A stretch of DNA of 64,000 nucleotides from Diplonema japonicum (taxonomy: Eukaryota; Protista; Euglenozoa: Diplonemea). Made by a program: the position numbers and the translations under genes. Shown one piece after another: positions 1-10,988 of this stretch. The notes beneath the pieces are model-generated. The model worked only from the letters and a program-made list of their open reading frames with translations. It was not told where the DNA came from and made no database searches. How positions within the stretch are numbered: the stretch's first letter is position 1; each line of letters opens with the position of its first letter. The DNA lies in contig OZ025723.1 of NCBI GenBank assembly GCA_964019335.1, positions 124,001 to 188,000 on the forward strand, read 5' to 3'.

Positions 1-128
1 GAACCCTTGTAAGAAGCAGAAGGGTTGATCAGCTTTTCTTCTTCTTCTTTTTCTTTTTTTTTTCCCTTCGAAATAAAAACACATGAATCACACAGTTAAA
101 TAAAAAAAAAGCCCATATTTCCTAAAAA

Positions 129-885
129 ATGAAGTTGAACATCGCATACCCCGAGTCTGGCACCCAGAAGACCTTCGAGCTTGACGATGACAAGGCGGTC
201 CAGAGGCTCGTTGACAAGAGGATCTCCCAGGTATACTTTCAAAAAAAAAAAAAAAAAAAAAAAAAATCCCCAGGACTTCGACGGTGGTATCATCAGCGAG
301 AAGTACGAGGGGTACGTCTTCCGTATCACCGGTGGAGCTGACAAGCAGGGTTTCCCCATGAAGCAGGGTATCCTGGGTAACAGCCGTGTGAAGCTCCTCC
401 TCACCAGGGGTGCCGTTGGTTACCAGGCCTGGAGGGGTCGCGCGGGTGAGAGGAACAGGAAGTCCGTGAGGGGTTGCATCGTGGGCTCTGACATCTCCGT
501 CCTGAACCTTATCATCATGAAGAAGGGCAAGGACGAGCTTGAGGGTGTGACTGACAAGCAGCAGCCCAGGAGGCTCGGACCCAAGAGGGCTGCCAACATC
601 AAGAAGCTGTTCGACCTCTCCAACGATGACGATGTCCGCAAGTACGTCATCCGTCGTGAGGTTAAGACCCACTCCAAGGCCCCCAAGATCCAGAGGCTTG
701 TGACCCCCGTGACCCGCCAGAGGAGGAGGCGCCGTGTGGCTCAGATCAAGGCCCGCCGTGTGGCCGGTAAGGACCAGAGGGCCCTCTACTACACCCAGGT
801 TGCCAGGAGGAGGCAGGTCGCCACCCTCCGCAGCAAGGCCACCGCTAGCCGTGTCAAGACCGCCACCGAGGCCAAGAAGAACTAG
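129..885 (+). CDS. RPS6: 40S ribosomal protein S6 (eS6), 237 aa
   Basis: join(129..230,274..885). Motifs MKLNIAYP, GGADKQGFPMKQG, RKSVRGCIV, PRRLGPKRA, KAPKIQRLVTP. A 43-nt GT..CAG intron restores KRISQ|DFDGG. Confidence 0.97.
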
Positions 886-1145
886 GATTTTGAACGAAAT
901 TGGCTTTTTTTTTTAAGATTCGTGGAAAAAAAAAAAAGAAAGGGAAAAAGGGTGGAAAAAAATAACATAAAAACAAAAAAAAAGTCAGATCAACAACCCC
1001 CCCCCTTTTTTTATAGTCATTTCTTTTTTTCTTCTTCAAATCGGTTTCTTCGGGTGATTTCGAAAAACGTTTTCATCACAACACACAGGTACAAGGGGGA
1101 GGGGAGCGGGGAGGGAAGAAGGAAGAAAAAAATAAGAGAGAACAC

Positions 1146-3269
1146 ATGAGTGAGCCTCCGCCCAACCCGACTGGGAAAGGGGCTGTCGCGCCCCCTAACC
1201 CTACAGGAAAGACGTCTGCACCTCCACCAAATCCATCAGCAGCACCGCCGAACCCTACAGGGAAGACACCAACACCCCCTCCCAACCCAACAGGGAAGAA
1301 GACACCCACACCCACACCCACACCCCCTCCTAACCCAACTGGGAAAGCTTCTGCCACTCCGACAGGGAAGACACCCCCTCCCAACCCGACAGGGAAAGCT
1401 TCGTCCACTCCCCCTCCCAACCCTACAGGGAAAGGGTCAGCGGCACCAACAGGGAAAACACCCGCAACACCCCCTCCTAATCCAACAGGGGTGACGAACC
1501 CTACAGGCAAGGGACCTGCGCCTACTCCGCCGTCTGGAAGCCCTGCAGAAAAGGCCCCAACACCACCAGTTCAGTCTACAGGCACAAAGGGTGAACTACC
1601 AGAGCCTGCGAAAGCGGATGGGCCACCGCCACCGCCTGAGGAAGCACCGAAGGTGACGGGGGCGAAGACACCCGGCAGTGCGGTGGACGCAGGGATGCTG
1701 TCGATGAGGAAGGCAATGGTGATGGCGGCAAGCTACGTGAACACCGTGGAGCAGATTCCTGGGAGGGAACGTGCTGCTGAGGGGGTCGAGAGGATGCTAA
1801 ACGAGGCGGGATTCACAGGTGAGATGCTGACCCTACGAGACGACAAGCCAGACATGATGCCCAGCAGGCAAGCCACGACAAGCGGGTTGTGGTGGCTAGC
1901 TGAACAAGTCCGCGAGGGCGATGCTGTGTGGCTGTCGTTCACAGGACAAGCGATCCTCCTCCCTGAAAGGGGCAGCGGGTTTCGAAAAGAGCACGCTTTC
2001 TGCTGCGATGACTACCGTCACAACGGTCCGCTCACAGCAGACGATGTACACGAACTGTTTCTGAAGAAGCTTCCTGCCAATGTCTGGGTCACTATTCTGT
2101 GTGATTTCCACCACGGAGGGTGCATTACAGATCTTCCTTATATTCTTCGATACTGTGGCAATGATGAGATGGAAGAGCTAGAGGACCCTACCCGCACGGC
2201 CCTGCCCTCTATTGATATCACGATGATATCAACGGAGGGGAGCAACGACGGTGGGAGGGGGCTGACGGATGCCTTTATCCATGTTGTGAACGATTTCAAG
2301 GGAAAGCCTCTACCATGCAGGAAGCTGTTGAGTGAGTTGAAGGCGAAGCTGAGCAACGGCCAGTCACCTGTGATTACGTCATCGAAGAAAAGACAGTTGG
2401 ACGATTACTTCCACTTGGGGGCGCCTTCGTTGGAAGCCCATAAACAGCTTAAACGTGCGGTCCAGGTCCCGCTGTGCAGTGTCATGAACGATGCTCTTAC
2501 GCACGATGAAAGTGGCCGGCACGTGATGGAGATTTTGCAGAAGAACCAACGCACAGCCCACGCCAAGATGCAGATGGTGCTGGAATCGGGAGTAGAGGCC
2601 ATAAAAAGCGAAATGGAACGCATGACAGCTACCTACCAACAGCGACGTGAGTTCGACGAAAAGCGTCTTCAAAAAGAGACGGAACTGTGGGCACGCGACC
2701 AGGCAGCCTCCGAAAACCACGATGAAAAATGGAGGGACATCATGAAAAGCATGGTGGAGCGCTCTGACGACACAGTCCGAAAAGAGGAACATGCGAAGTG
2801 GAGCAGACGCATCACAACCGCCACCAGAATGCTTGAAGACGAAAAGGTGAAGCTCGAGATCGAAAAAAGCGAAAGTCGAAGGAAAAAACGAGAGCTTATG
2901 AAAGAGATGGACGTGAGGTGGGAGGCCACCTTGCAAAACCTGAAATCCCTCACTGAGCAACCGCTTGAACAGCTACCTGAACACAGCACAGTAGAAACCG
3001 TACCTGTTGCGCAACCGCCTTCACCTGCAAAAGAGCAGAGCGAGGACACTCTCTCCGGCCTGCCTCAGCTACCTCAGCTTGTTGTTGATGCGGTGACGCG
3101 TGCGGGTGCCTCGGCGTACCTCCCAAAAATGCGCCTCGCAGAGTTGGATGAACATTCTTTCGCACTGTTGTCGTCGTCCGACTTTCTGCAGATTGGTGTC
3201 AAAGAGCTCGGGCACCGGATAAAGCTGAACGCCGAAGCGAAGAAAATGAAGGTTTTGTTAGATTGTTAG
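1146..3269 (+). CDS. Pro-rich repeat / metacaspase-like (catalytically degenerate) / coiled-coil / SAM-domain protein
   Basis: 707-aa ORF. C14 metacaspase-like segments (GDAVWLSFTGQA, TILCDFHHGGCITDLPY, GLTDAFIHVV). C-terminal SAM-like segment YLPKMRLAELDEHSFALLSSSDFLQIGVKELGHRIKL. Confidence 0.8.
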   Translation: MSEPPPNPTGKGAVAPPNPTGKTSAPPPNPSAAPPNPTGKTPTPPPNPTGKKTPTPTPTPPPNPTGKASATPTGKTPPPNPTGKASSTPPPNPTGKGSAAPTGKTPATPPPNPTGVTNPTGKGPAPTPPSGSPAEKAPTPPVQSTGTKGELPEPAKADGPPPPPEEAPKVTGAKTPGSAVDAGMLSMRKAMVMAASYVNTVEQIPGRERAAEGVERMLNEAGFTGEMLTLRDDKPDMMPSRQATTSGLWWLAEQVREGDAVWLSFTGQAILLPERGSGFRKEHAFCCDDYRHNGPLTADDVHELFLKKLPANVWVTILCDFHHGGCITDLPYILRYCGNDEMEELEDPTRTALPSIDITMISTEGSNDGGRGLTDAFIHVVNDFKGKPLPCRKLLSELKAKLSNGQSPVITSSKKRQLDDYFHLGAPSLEAHKQLKRAVQVPLCSVMNDALTHDESGRHVMEILQKNQRTAHAKMQMVLESGVEAIKSEMERMTATYQQRREFDEKRLQKETELWARDQAASENHDEKWRDIMKSMVERSDDTVRKEEHAKWSRRITTATRMLEDEKVKLEIEKSESRRKKRELMKEMDVRWEATLQNLKSLTEQPLEQLPEHSTVETVPVAQPPSPAKEQSEDTLSGLPQLPQLVVDAVTRAGASAYLPKMRLAELDEHSFALLSSSDFLQIGVKELGHRIKLNAEAKKMKVLLDC
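1158..1513 (+). repeat. Coding repeat PPNPTGK / TPTGK
   Basis: About a dozen degenerate copies of a PTG(K) motif in the N-terminus of the 1146..3269 ORF. Confidence 0.9.
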
Positions 3270-3665
3270 ACATATTTTTTGTTTTGTTTTTTTATTTTGT
3301 TTCTCCCCCCCCCCACTCATCCGTTTTACTTCGCGAGATGCGATTTCGTGCGTTTTCGGGTCTGTAAAGTATTTTTGTTAAAAATGTGCAGTGACATACC
3401 TGAAAGCCCCTTGCTTCTCCTGTTGATTTAAGCTGAAGTTGGTCGTCATCAGGCCGTCAGGGCCGCAGCTGTGTGGTGATGACCTCCCGTTTGTCTTGAC
3501 AACCCCAATGGGTGCGCCTATATGTTCTGATGATGCGCCCACCCCTTCTCGTTCGTTTCTTCGGCGCCTGACGAGCCGAGTGTTGTCGTTTTTATTTTGT
3601 TAAATTGATAATGGCCGACCAGCCAGCCCCTCAAAAAAAAAAAAAAAATAATAATATTCTCAGGA

Positions 3666-6383
3666 ATGGGACGGGGATCAATACGGGCAAGAGTGAGGCA
3701 AAAGCTCTCGTTTAGAAGGGAGAATAATGGCAGCACCGGACATGTCTACGAAAAAGTGGAGCCGATGGTGATGACGGAACAAACGGCGAAGCCGATGACG
3801 AAGTTCACGATGAGCGACGAGATGCGAGAAGCGTTGGAAAAAGTCGAGCTCCCGGCAGATACCCAGCCCACAGGGTTGGAAGAGATGGAGCAAATCGAAA
3901 GACTGGAAAAGAACCTAAGATCAAGCAGGTACAACAACACAGCACCTATACAAATCGACTACACCGGAATCCCCTGGTTGGTAGCGTTGAGAAACAGCAT
4001 GAAACACGGATCTGCGAACTTTTTAAACCCAGACTGTACAAACGTGGTGTTTCGGTACCACAACACTATTACAGGCTACTCTGCCATGGAGGGTCTGATG
4101 CAGACAAGAAAAGCGCCCCATCCTGCAGCGATGGTGTTTCAGTACTGGAACCTCGACCCGCATCGAAAAGGACGGAAAATCATGCTCCACTCACACGTCT
4201 TGAGCATTGTGTTCAAATCAATCCACCGCAAGATCTTAACATCATCACGACCGGAAAGATACCTACATCTCAGCACCGCGAAGGTTCTTTGGAAAAACAT
4301 CAGAAAATATCGAAACGGAGACAGTCTCACCATGTATTGGTACATCAGGGTGTTGGCGGCTATGAGGGACTTGGATGAATTGCAAGAAACCGAACTACCG
4401 AAACTGCACCATGACATCTCGGAGGAAACGAGACAAGGGGGTATAATCGAAATCTTGTTGCAAGAATCACCCAGAGACGGTCTTGAACACGCGAAAAACT
4501 TTTTAAAAACGAAGCCGGAGGGCATGTCCAACCTTGTGGCGTGCAGGGAGTTAGTTAAGCACCACTTTTCAACAGGTGACAAAGAGACTGCCTTCAACAT
4601 CTTAAGAGTTTGCACATTAACACCAGTTGCCTTCCAACAACAGCAAAGGGTTGCATGGGAGGTGATCCATGATATTCTTGAGACACCGGAGGTCACACAT
4701 ACGGACGCAGAGAGAATGATTGCCACAGTGGTCCCATTCTTCTCCGACAAACCACAAACCTGGTGCGAAGAAATTCTCGAAACGATCATTTCAAAACAGC
4801 CGAATATCAAGTCCGCATACAGAATATTCCGTAACGGTGCGAACGCTGGGCTGCCTTTATACAACAGTGAAGTGTCTATCCCGCCTCCTAGAAGCGGTTT
4901 TAGGGGAGTTTTAAAAGTGTGCAGCAGGAAAGGAGACGCAAGGGTCGCTAGGAAGATATTCGAGTTCATGTTGATGAACGAATGCAGGCCTGAAGAAACC
5001 GAAATACACCATCTGATGATGGTCCACGCGCGAACGAACCCGAAAATGTTTTCGAACATCCTGCGATGGGTCGAGACAACCCACGAGCTTCGAGTCTCCG
5101 ACACAACACTTATCAAAACCTTCGCAACGCTATCATTCTCAAACATATCTGATCTGAAAAAAACCTTCACCGCCATGCTAAACCTCCATGGCGGAGTGAG
5201 CGAAGCTCTCGTAACCATCTTCTTCCGAAAGGCCGTAGAGGTCTTGCAAAATCCTATGGAAGCCTTTGCAGAACTCATGATATTCTCGACAAACAGCCTC
5301 TTAACATACACTTACGATGACAGGGTATCGTTCCCTTTAAGAATATCAAGCAAGGAAGTCACCTCTGCCGTTCTATCAGTCTTAGAAGATATCGGCCACG
5401 CAGCCAACCTAACAATCCTCAACAAAATGATAGCATCGTGTCACGCTCAATGGACAACAGGAGGCTACACACATGTTAAATCGAAGGTAGCTTTGATCCA
5501 CCAGCCTGAAGAAAATCTTGAATCAGCACAATACACATCAGCCCTGCCGGTGGTGGACGCGTGGTTGCTGGCAAGTTTTTACATGTACGACCTGAAACCT
5601 CTGTATTTAGGGCTTCCTGAAAACGTTGTTGAGGTGGTTTTGGTGCACTGGTCGGTGTTACTGTGGTGCTCGGAGGCGGTTAGACATTTTAACAGAGAAA
5701 AACTGTCAGAGGGAGTGATTCCTGTTGTTACCGCTAGACAGTATTATTATGCGGTGAAATCGTTAAACGAGAGAAAACGCGAACTTGAAGACATCGATGA
5801 AACCATAGAATCCTTGGCACCGATAACACATAACACGGAGTGGGGAGGACCTCTCCGGGACACAATTGCGGAAATCGAAAACTCCTCCGCGGAACCGCAA
5901 CAGTTAGAAGACCGCTGTCGCAACCTCATCGAGAACTACTGTGGGTACCTGCCCTACGAGGCGGAGCTAGAACTGATACCGTCTGAATGCCCCTTGCGCC
6001 ACGGAATTGATTCCGTTCCTTCTAATGAATCGTTTATGGCCCTTGCCGAGTCGTTCGTTTCCATGGGGTTTAAGGTCACCTGTTTGGTTGATTCCCAAAA
6101 GATATTTTCTGAACTGTCTTCGATGAGCAACGCCAGCAAGAAGGACATCGTTGTACAGAATGCCACAGAGCCGCCTGTAGAGCATCCTTGGGAAAGGGAG
6201 GTACCTGTTTCACCCTTGCCGCTCACGAGGAGGTACAAACACGTTGATCAAAGATACAAAAAGCATCTTTCGGGAGCCGTTAGGGGGATAGACGTTAAGA
6301 AGCTCAAACTGTTTGTCGCGAAGCTGCAAAGGGAAGCCCCGCCGTCCGGGCTGCTGAAAACAATTCCGTGGGGCAGCATTTAA
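3666..6383 (+). CDS. Large helical-repeat protein with PPR-like motifs (start codon uncertain)
   Basis: 905-aa uninterrupted ORF. PPR-like segment FRGVLKVCSRKGDARVARKIFEFMLMNECRPEETEIHHLMMVHAR. Product assignment is tentative. Confidence 0.6.
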   Translation: MGRGSIRARVRQKLSFRRENNGSTGHVYEKVEPMVMTEQTAKPMTKFTMSDEMREALEKVELPADTQPTGLEEMEQIERLEKNLRSSRYNNTAPIQIDYTGIPWLVALRNSMKHGSANFLNPDCTNVVFRYHNTITGYSAMEGLMQTRKAPHPAAMVFQYWNLDPHRKGRKIMLHSHVLSIVFKSIHRKILTSSRPERYLHLSTAKVLWKNIRKYRNGDSLTMYWYIRVLAAMRDLDELQETELPKLHHDISEETRQGGIIEILLQESPRDGLEHAKNFLKTKPEGMSNLVACRELVKHHFSTGDKETAFNILRVCTLTPVAFQQQQRVAWEVIHDILETPEVTHTDAERMIATVVPFFSDKPQTWCEEILETIISKQPNIKSAYRIFRNGANAGLPLYNSEVSIPPPRSGFRGVLKVCSRKGDARVARKIFEFMLMNECRPEETEIHHLMMVHARTNPKMFSNILRWVETTHELRVSDTTLIKTFATLSFSNISDLKKTFTAMLNLHGGVSEALVTIFFRKAVEVLQNPMEAFAELMIFSTNSLLTYTYDDRVSFPLRISSKEVTSAVLSVLEDIGHAANLTILNKMIASCHAQWTTGGYTHVKSKVALIHQPEENLESAQYTSALPVVDAWLLASFYMYDLKPLYLGLPENVVEVVLVHWSVLLWCSEAVRHFNREKLSEGVIPVVTARQYYYAVKSLNERKRELEDIDETIESLAPITHNTEWGGPLRDTIAEIENSSAEPQQLEDRCRNLIENYCGYLPYEAELELIPSECPLRHGIDSVPSNESFMALAESFVSMGFKVTCLVDSQKIFSELSSMSNASKKDIVVQNATEPPVEHPWEREVPVSPLPLTRRYKHVDQRYKKHLSGAVRGIDVKKLKLFVAKLQREAPPSGLLKTIPWGSI

Positions 6384-6517
6384 TTCCAATCTTCCTTTTT
6401 TTTTTCCCTTCTTTTTTTTTTTTCCTGCTTCTCTTTTTTTTTTTCTTTCGAAATATAATCAAAAAAAAACAGGGGAGAGGAAGGGGAGGAGGGGAGAGAG
6501 GAGTGGGCAGATAAGAC

Positions 6518-7385
6518 ATGCCGGAGTCAGAAGATGACCGAGACAGCATTCTAAGGCGAAACAGGGAAGGCAGCATAGATGACGACGCCCCACCTGAGGT
6601 AGAGGAGGAAAGGGGTGGGTATCAGGTACAAAAAAAAAAAAAAAAAAAAAAAAAAAACACTTTTCAGGGAATGAATGACGACGACAACATGCAAAGCTCC
6701 ATAAACAACAACGTCTCTAGGGACGTGAGCCCACCAGAACCATGGTCAATGCGGCTACACCATATCATAGTGGGGACATCCATGTTCAGTTCTATTCTGT
6801 TGCTCATGATCATAGTGTCCCGGAGCTGGGGTGTAGGCCACGACCGGAACGTGGCTTTAAGTGCTGGGGTCTGGCAGGTATGTGAATGTTTATACATAAC
6901 TATCAATATATAGGTGTGCCTCAACAACCACAAGGGTGACAATGAGTGCAAAGCATGGAGCTCCTTTTGTGACCCCGCTGCCTCGCGTGTCACCGCCGGT
7001 GGTGTTTTTGCGATTTTCGCGCTTCTCTTGAGCTTCTTCATGGTGTTGGTCGATGGCTTCGAAATGATGAAGCCTTCCGTGTTCCGATTACACCATTTAA
7101 CCGTTACTGTCTTCAATCATCTTTTGTGGGTGTTTCTCTTATGCTCTTGGGCACTGTTCACCGGTGCCATGTCCACAGGGTGTGGATCTGCAAAGCTCAT
7201 TCCTGGGAGGGATGAGACGCCATTTAAACCAAATACACACATGTGGTATGGAGGGAAAGAAAAAAAAAAAAAAAAGGTACGCTTGGGGCTGGATGTTCCT
7301 CGTCTGGATGTGGATCGTTCATCTAATCACCGCTATTCTGTTAACTATAAAATTAAAGGGGAAAAAATTGCCGTGTGGGTTATAG
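6518..7385 (+). CDS. Four-TM claudin/PMP22/amastin-like membrane protein, 252 aa
   Basis: join(6518..6625,6668..6877,6914..7245,7277..7385) is in frame. W..GVWQVC..C loop motif after TM1 and four hydrophobic segments. Confidence 0.75.
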
Positions 7386-8431
7386 TATTGGGGGTGGGGG
7401 GAGGGAACTAGAAAAAAAAAAGAAAAAAAAAAAGAAGAAACTCCATCTTTGAGTAGATGGAATGGTTGGTACTTTTATTTTTTTTTTCCCCAAAAAGGGG
7501 GGAAAAGAAGAAGAAGAAAGAAAAAAAAAGGAAAAGGGGGGAGAAAAAAAATAATGCAATGTCTCTTATTGTGCTGCCTTGTGTGTGTGTGTTTTCTTTT
7601 TTTTTTTTTTTTTCTTTCCTTTTTTTTTTCGGTGGGTAACACCCCCCTTCCTCCCCTTTATCATAGTGAATTTTTCCCTATACAAAATTATGTGGTTACC
7701 GTAACACTCTCGGACGTAAAAAAAGGGGTTTTTTTTTTTTTTTTTTTTTTTTGACATTTTCCCCCGACGTCACCATTCCGGGGTAGTTTTTCTCCCAGGA
7801 CAGAGAAAAAAAAGAAAAAAAAAACGAGGTTTTTCCAGTATTTTCGTTTGGTGTGGATATATAATGGGAAGGGGATGATTTTTAAGTTTCGGTTACGTTA
7901 AGCTACTTTACTTTTTTTTTTTTCCCCTTCTTTTTTTCGATCACTTCCTTCTTTACTTGTGTGTTGCTATTTTCTTTTTGACCCCCTTCCCCCCCCGCAT
8001 CTCCCATTTCCCCCCTTTTTTTTCTTACCTGTTGCAGCTCAAATGGGGCAGGTGCCCAGGCAAGGAAATACGCAGACAGAGCGTTTACAGAGGTAAGAGG
8101 GGAGGGGGGAGACTCACCCCATAGATTTTTACTTTATTTTGCACAGATTTTGAAGCCCTCCTTATTTTATTGTAAGTAGTGGTGCTTACAGAACCATTTT
8201 TTTTTTTTTTTTTTTTTTTTTGATGATCACATTATCAGTTCTTTTTTCTCGGGTTGTTCAAAAGAAAGTGCGTGCGGAGGGATGGCAGAGGAGGGGGTGA
8301 GGGGGAGCCGTTTGACAATTTGTAGTGTTTTTTTTTTCTTTTTTTTTTTCCCCCCCATCCGCGTTCCCTCTTGCCTTTTTTTAAAGAAATAGTTGATGGT
8401 TAACCCCCTGATACCATGTTTTTTTGTGTGT

Positions 8432-8475
<44 letters not shown>

Positions 8476-8562
8476 ATCCCCCACTCCCGCCCCGATGCTC
8501 CTCTTTTATTTTCCTCTTTTTTTTTATATATTCCTTCTCCCCTTTTAAACATCTTTTCAAGG

Positions 8563-8607
<45 letters not shown>

Positions 8608-8614
<7 letters not shown>

Positions 8615-9411
8615 ACAAACGAAACACAGCGCTGAAGAATCTATTGTTAACAACATGCCTTTCAGTGGCGCACGGTGCGAGCCTGCTGGCAACAGGGCAA
8701 ACCTGGGGGGGCGTCTTGGGTGTGGAAGCCAGCCACGGGATAAGCAAAAGATTTCAAGAAGTAAAGCTCACAGAGGGAACAATAATGAATACAGTAGATA
8801 GCGGAGTAGGCCACAGCCTGGCCATCGATACCACGGGCACGCTATGGGTAACCGGAAAGGGCAGCGAAGGCCAGCTCGGTCTGGGCAACCGTATAAAATC
8901 AACAGAGATCTTCACAAAAGTGCGGGGACTAAACCTTCCTATTAACCAAGCTTGTGTCGGCGATACTTATTCGTGCGCCCTACCACTATCCAGCGGTGTC
9001 CCATTCTGCACAGGGTTTTCTCAGTCTACTATTTTTTTGCAGGTACCGGTTCGGGGTGTCCTCCACATTACGTGTCTCCCAAGTGAAGCAGTTTTTACAG
9101 ACTCAACCGGCCGTTACAGGGCTTGGCGCGGCACAGTTATAGAGAGCATCCCTTACTTATATCGGTCGCCTTACTTAACAATACCTTCGCCGCCTCCTGT
9201 CTCTCTGCCTGCGCCTGTCGTATCTTCTTGTGTTGGTTCTTTTCACGTGCTGTATCTGACGGAAAACGGTGACGTTTATGGGTCCGGGAGCGGACAGTTG
9301 GGACAGCTGGGGGAAGCGGGGGACACGGTGGGCCTCGACACCCCGGTGCTCCTTGCGAAGGGTGCCAGCATGTCGTTCTGCGGACTGTTTGGAAGTTTCA
9401 TTTACACCGGT

Positions 9412-9414
<3 letters not shown>
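8608..9414 (+). CDS. RCC1-repeat protein
   Basis: Motifs GVGHSLAIDTTGTLWVTGKGSEGQLGLG and GSFHVLYLTENGDVYGSGSGQLGQLG. ATG follows an A-run; the upstream part of the track ORF is homopolymer read-through. Confidence 0.85.
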
Positions 9415-9442
<28 letters not shown>

Positions 9443-9476
9443 ATTTTACAATAATCGGAACATTAAAAAAAAAAGG

Positions 9477-9513
<37 letters not shown>

Positions 9514-9555
9514 CGGAATAAAAAAGAAAAAAAGAAAAATTGGAGGAAAAAAGAA

Positions 9556-10338
9556 ATGACCCGAAAATACACAGAAGAGTTGCTGTTGAATCTTAGGGAT
9601 GCACCCGAGAGCAGGGAGTGCCCGGAACATCTGAAGTTAATGGAAGACAGTGTGTTTGAGAGTGAGGGCAAGTCAGGGGAGGTAAGCGCAAAGTCGTTTA
9701 CGGCAAGCAATGTGAGTTTTGCAAAGGCAGTGGGACTGAAGCCTGCTGCCACCAAGAAGAAGAAGGAGGAGCCTCATCACCGGGACCACAAAGACCACCA
9801 TAGGAACAACAACAACGAGCAACACAGAAAAGACTACGGGGGACGGGGCAGAGACGAGGGTTACAAAGGAGGCAGGGACAAGGACAGGGCAAGGGACAGG
9901 GACAGGGATAGGGGAAGTCACGCCCCGCCTCAGTCGGGCAAAGAGGAGTCTTCACGATTCGAGGTCTGGGCCAAGGAAAGAGGTCTGGTTGACGGGAATC
10001 AGTGGAGCACCACTGCTCAACTCCCTTCCGCTGAGAAGGGCGGCAAGGGTGGTGAAGGTACCGAAGCTGGGGAATTTGTAGACGCCATCTTCGCCTCCCG
10101 TGACAACCTCACACAATCCAACAAGCCCACTGCCCAATGGTCCGTCACCCCAGAGCAACCTCCCCAGCAGCAACAACAACGGCAGCAGCAGCAACAACAG
10201 CAACCCCACCAGCAACCACAACAACCACCAAAGCAACAATCGAAGTTCATGCACCTCTTCCCTGACAAGAGCGAGCGCCCCACGATGATGAAGGGGGGCA
10301 CCGAGGAGGACATCATGCGCACAGTCATGCAGCAGAAC

Positions 10339-10376
<38 letters not shown>

Positions 10377-10468
10377 ACCCAAGGCCCTCGTCGCTTCGTC
10401 CTTTGAAAAAGAGTTGATAGCATCGCACTCACAGGTATGCATAGATAGAGGAACTCATTAACACCATA

Positions 10469-10499
<31 letters not shown>

Positions 10500-10699
10500 T
10501 CCCTCAAACAAGGTCCGGGCATGTCCACGCAGCTAGCCTGGAGTACTCTCTCCTGTCTAAGCACATGCAGCCTCAGCAGCAGCAGCAGTCTCCACCCCCG
10601 CAGCAGCCTGCTAGCCAAGCTCCTGCGCCCCAAGCACAGCAGGGCACATTCGATGCTGCTGCGCTAGAGCAACAGTTGCTTGCAACCCATGTATGTGAG

Positions 10700-10734
<35 letters not shown>

Positions 10735-10988
10735 GTAGGCGACAAAGGCAGCGAGCCCTCCTCCGGCACAGGGCCAGGGGCTGCCACCCTTAGTGTCAAT
10801 GAACAACCCGAAGCCTGTGTATGGAGTGTTCAAAATAAAAAGAAAGAAAAAAAAAAAATAGGAAGCAGCAACAGCCTGTTGTTTTGACCAGCGAACTATA
10901 TCAGCAAATGGGACAGGTGTGAGGGGGAAAAAAAAAGAGAAAACAATTATACAATCATGAACAGTCTGGTGGTTACGGCTCGCGTTAA
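9556..10988 (+). CDS. Gln-rich protein with N-terminal eIF4E-binding motif (4E-IP-like), 418 aa
   Basis: join(9556..10434,10472..10690,10739..10818,10862..10916,10965..10988) is in frame. YTEELLL matches Y-x4-L-phi. PolyQ tracts. Confidence 0.65.

Noticed and set aside
3440-3575. C/D snoRNA or hammerhead ribozyme (GTGATGA..CTGA, and CTGATGA on both strands)
   Set aside because: No terminal stem or recognisable guide, and no stem II with GAAA partner. A Rfam search would be needed.
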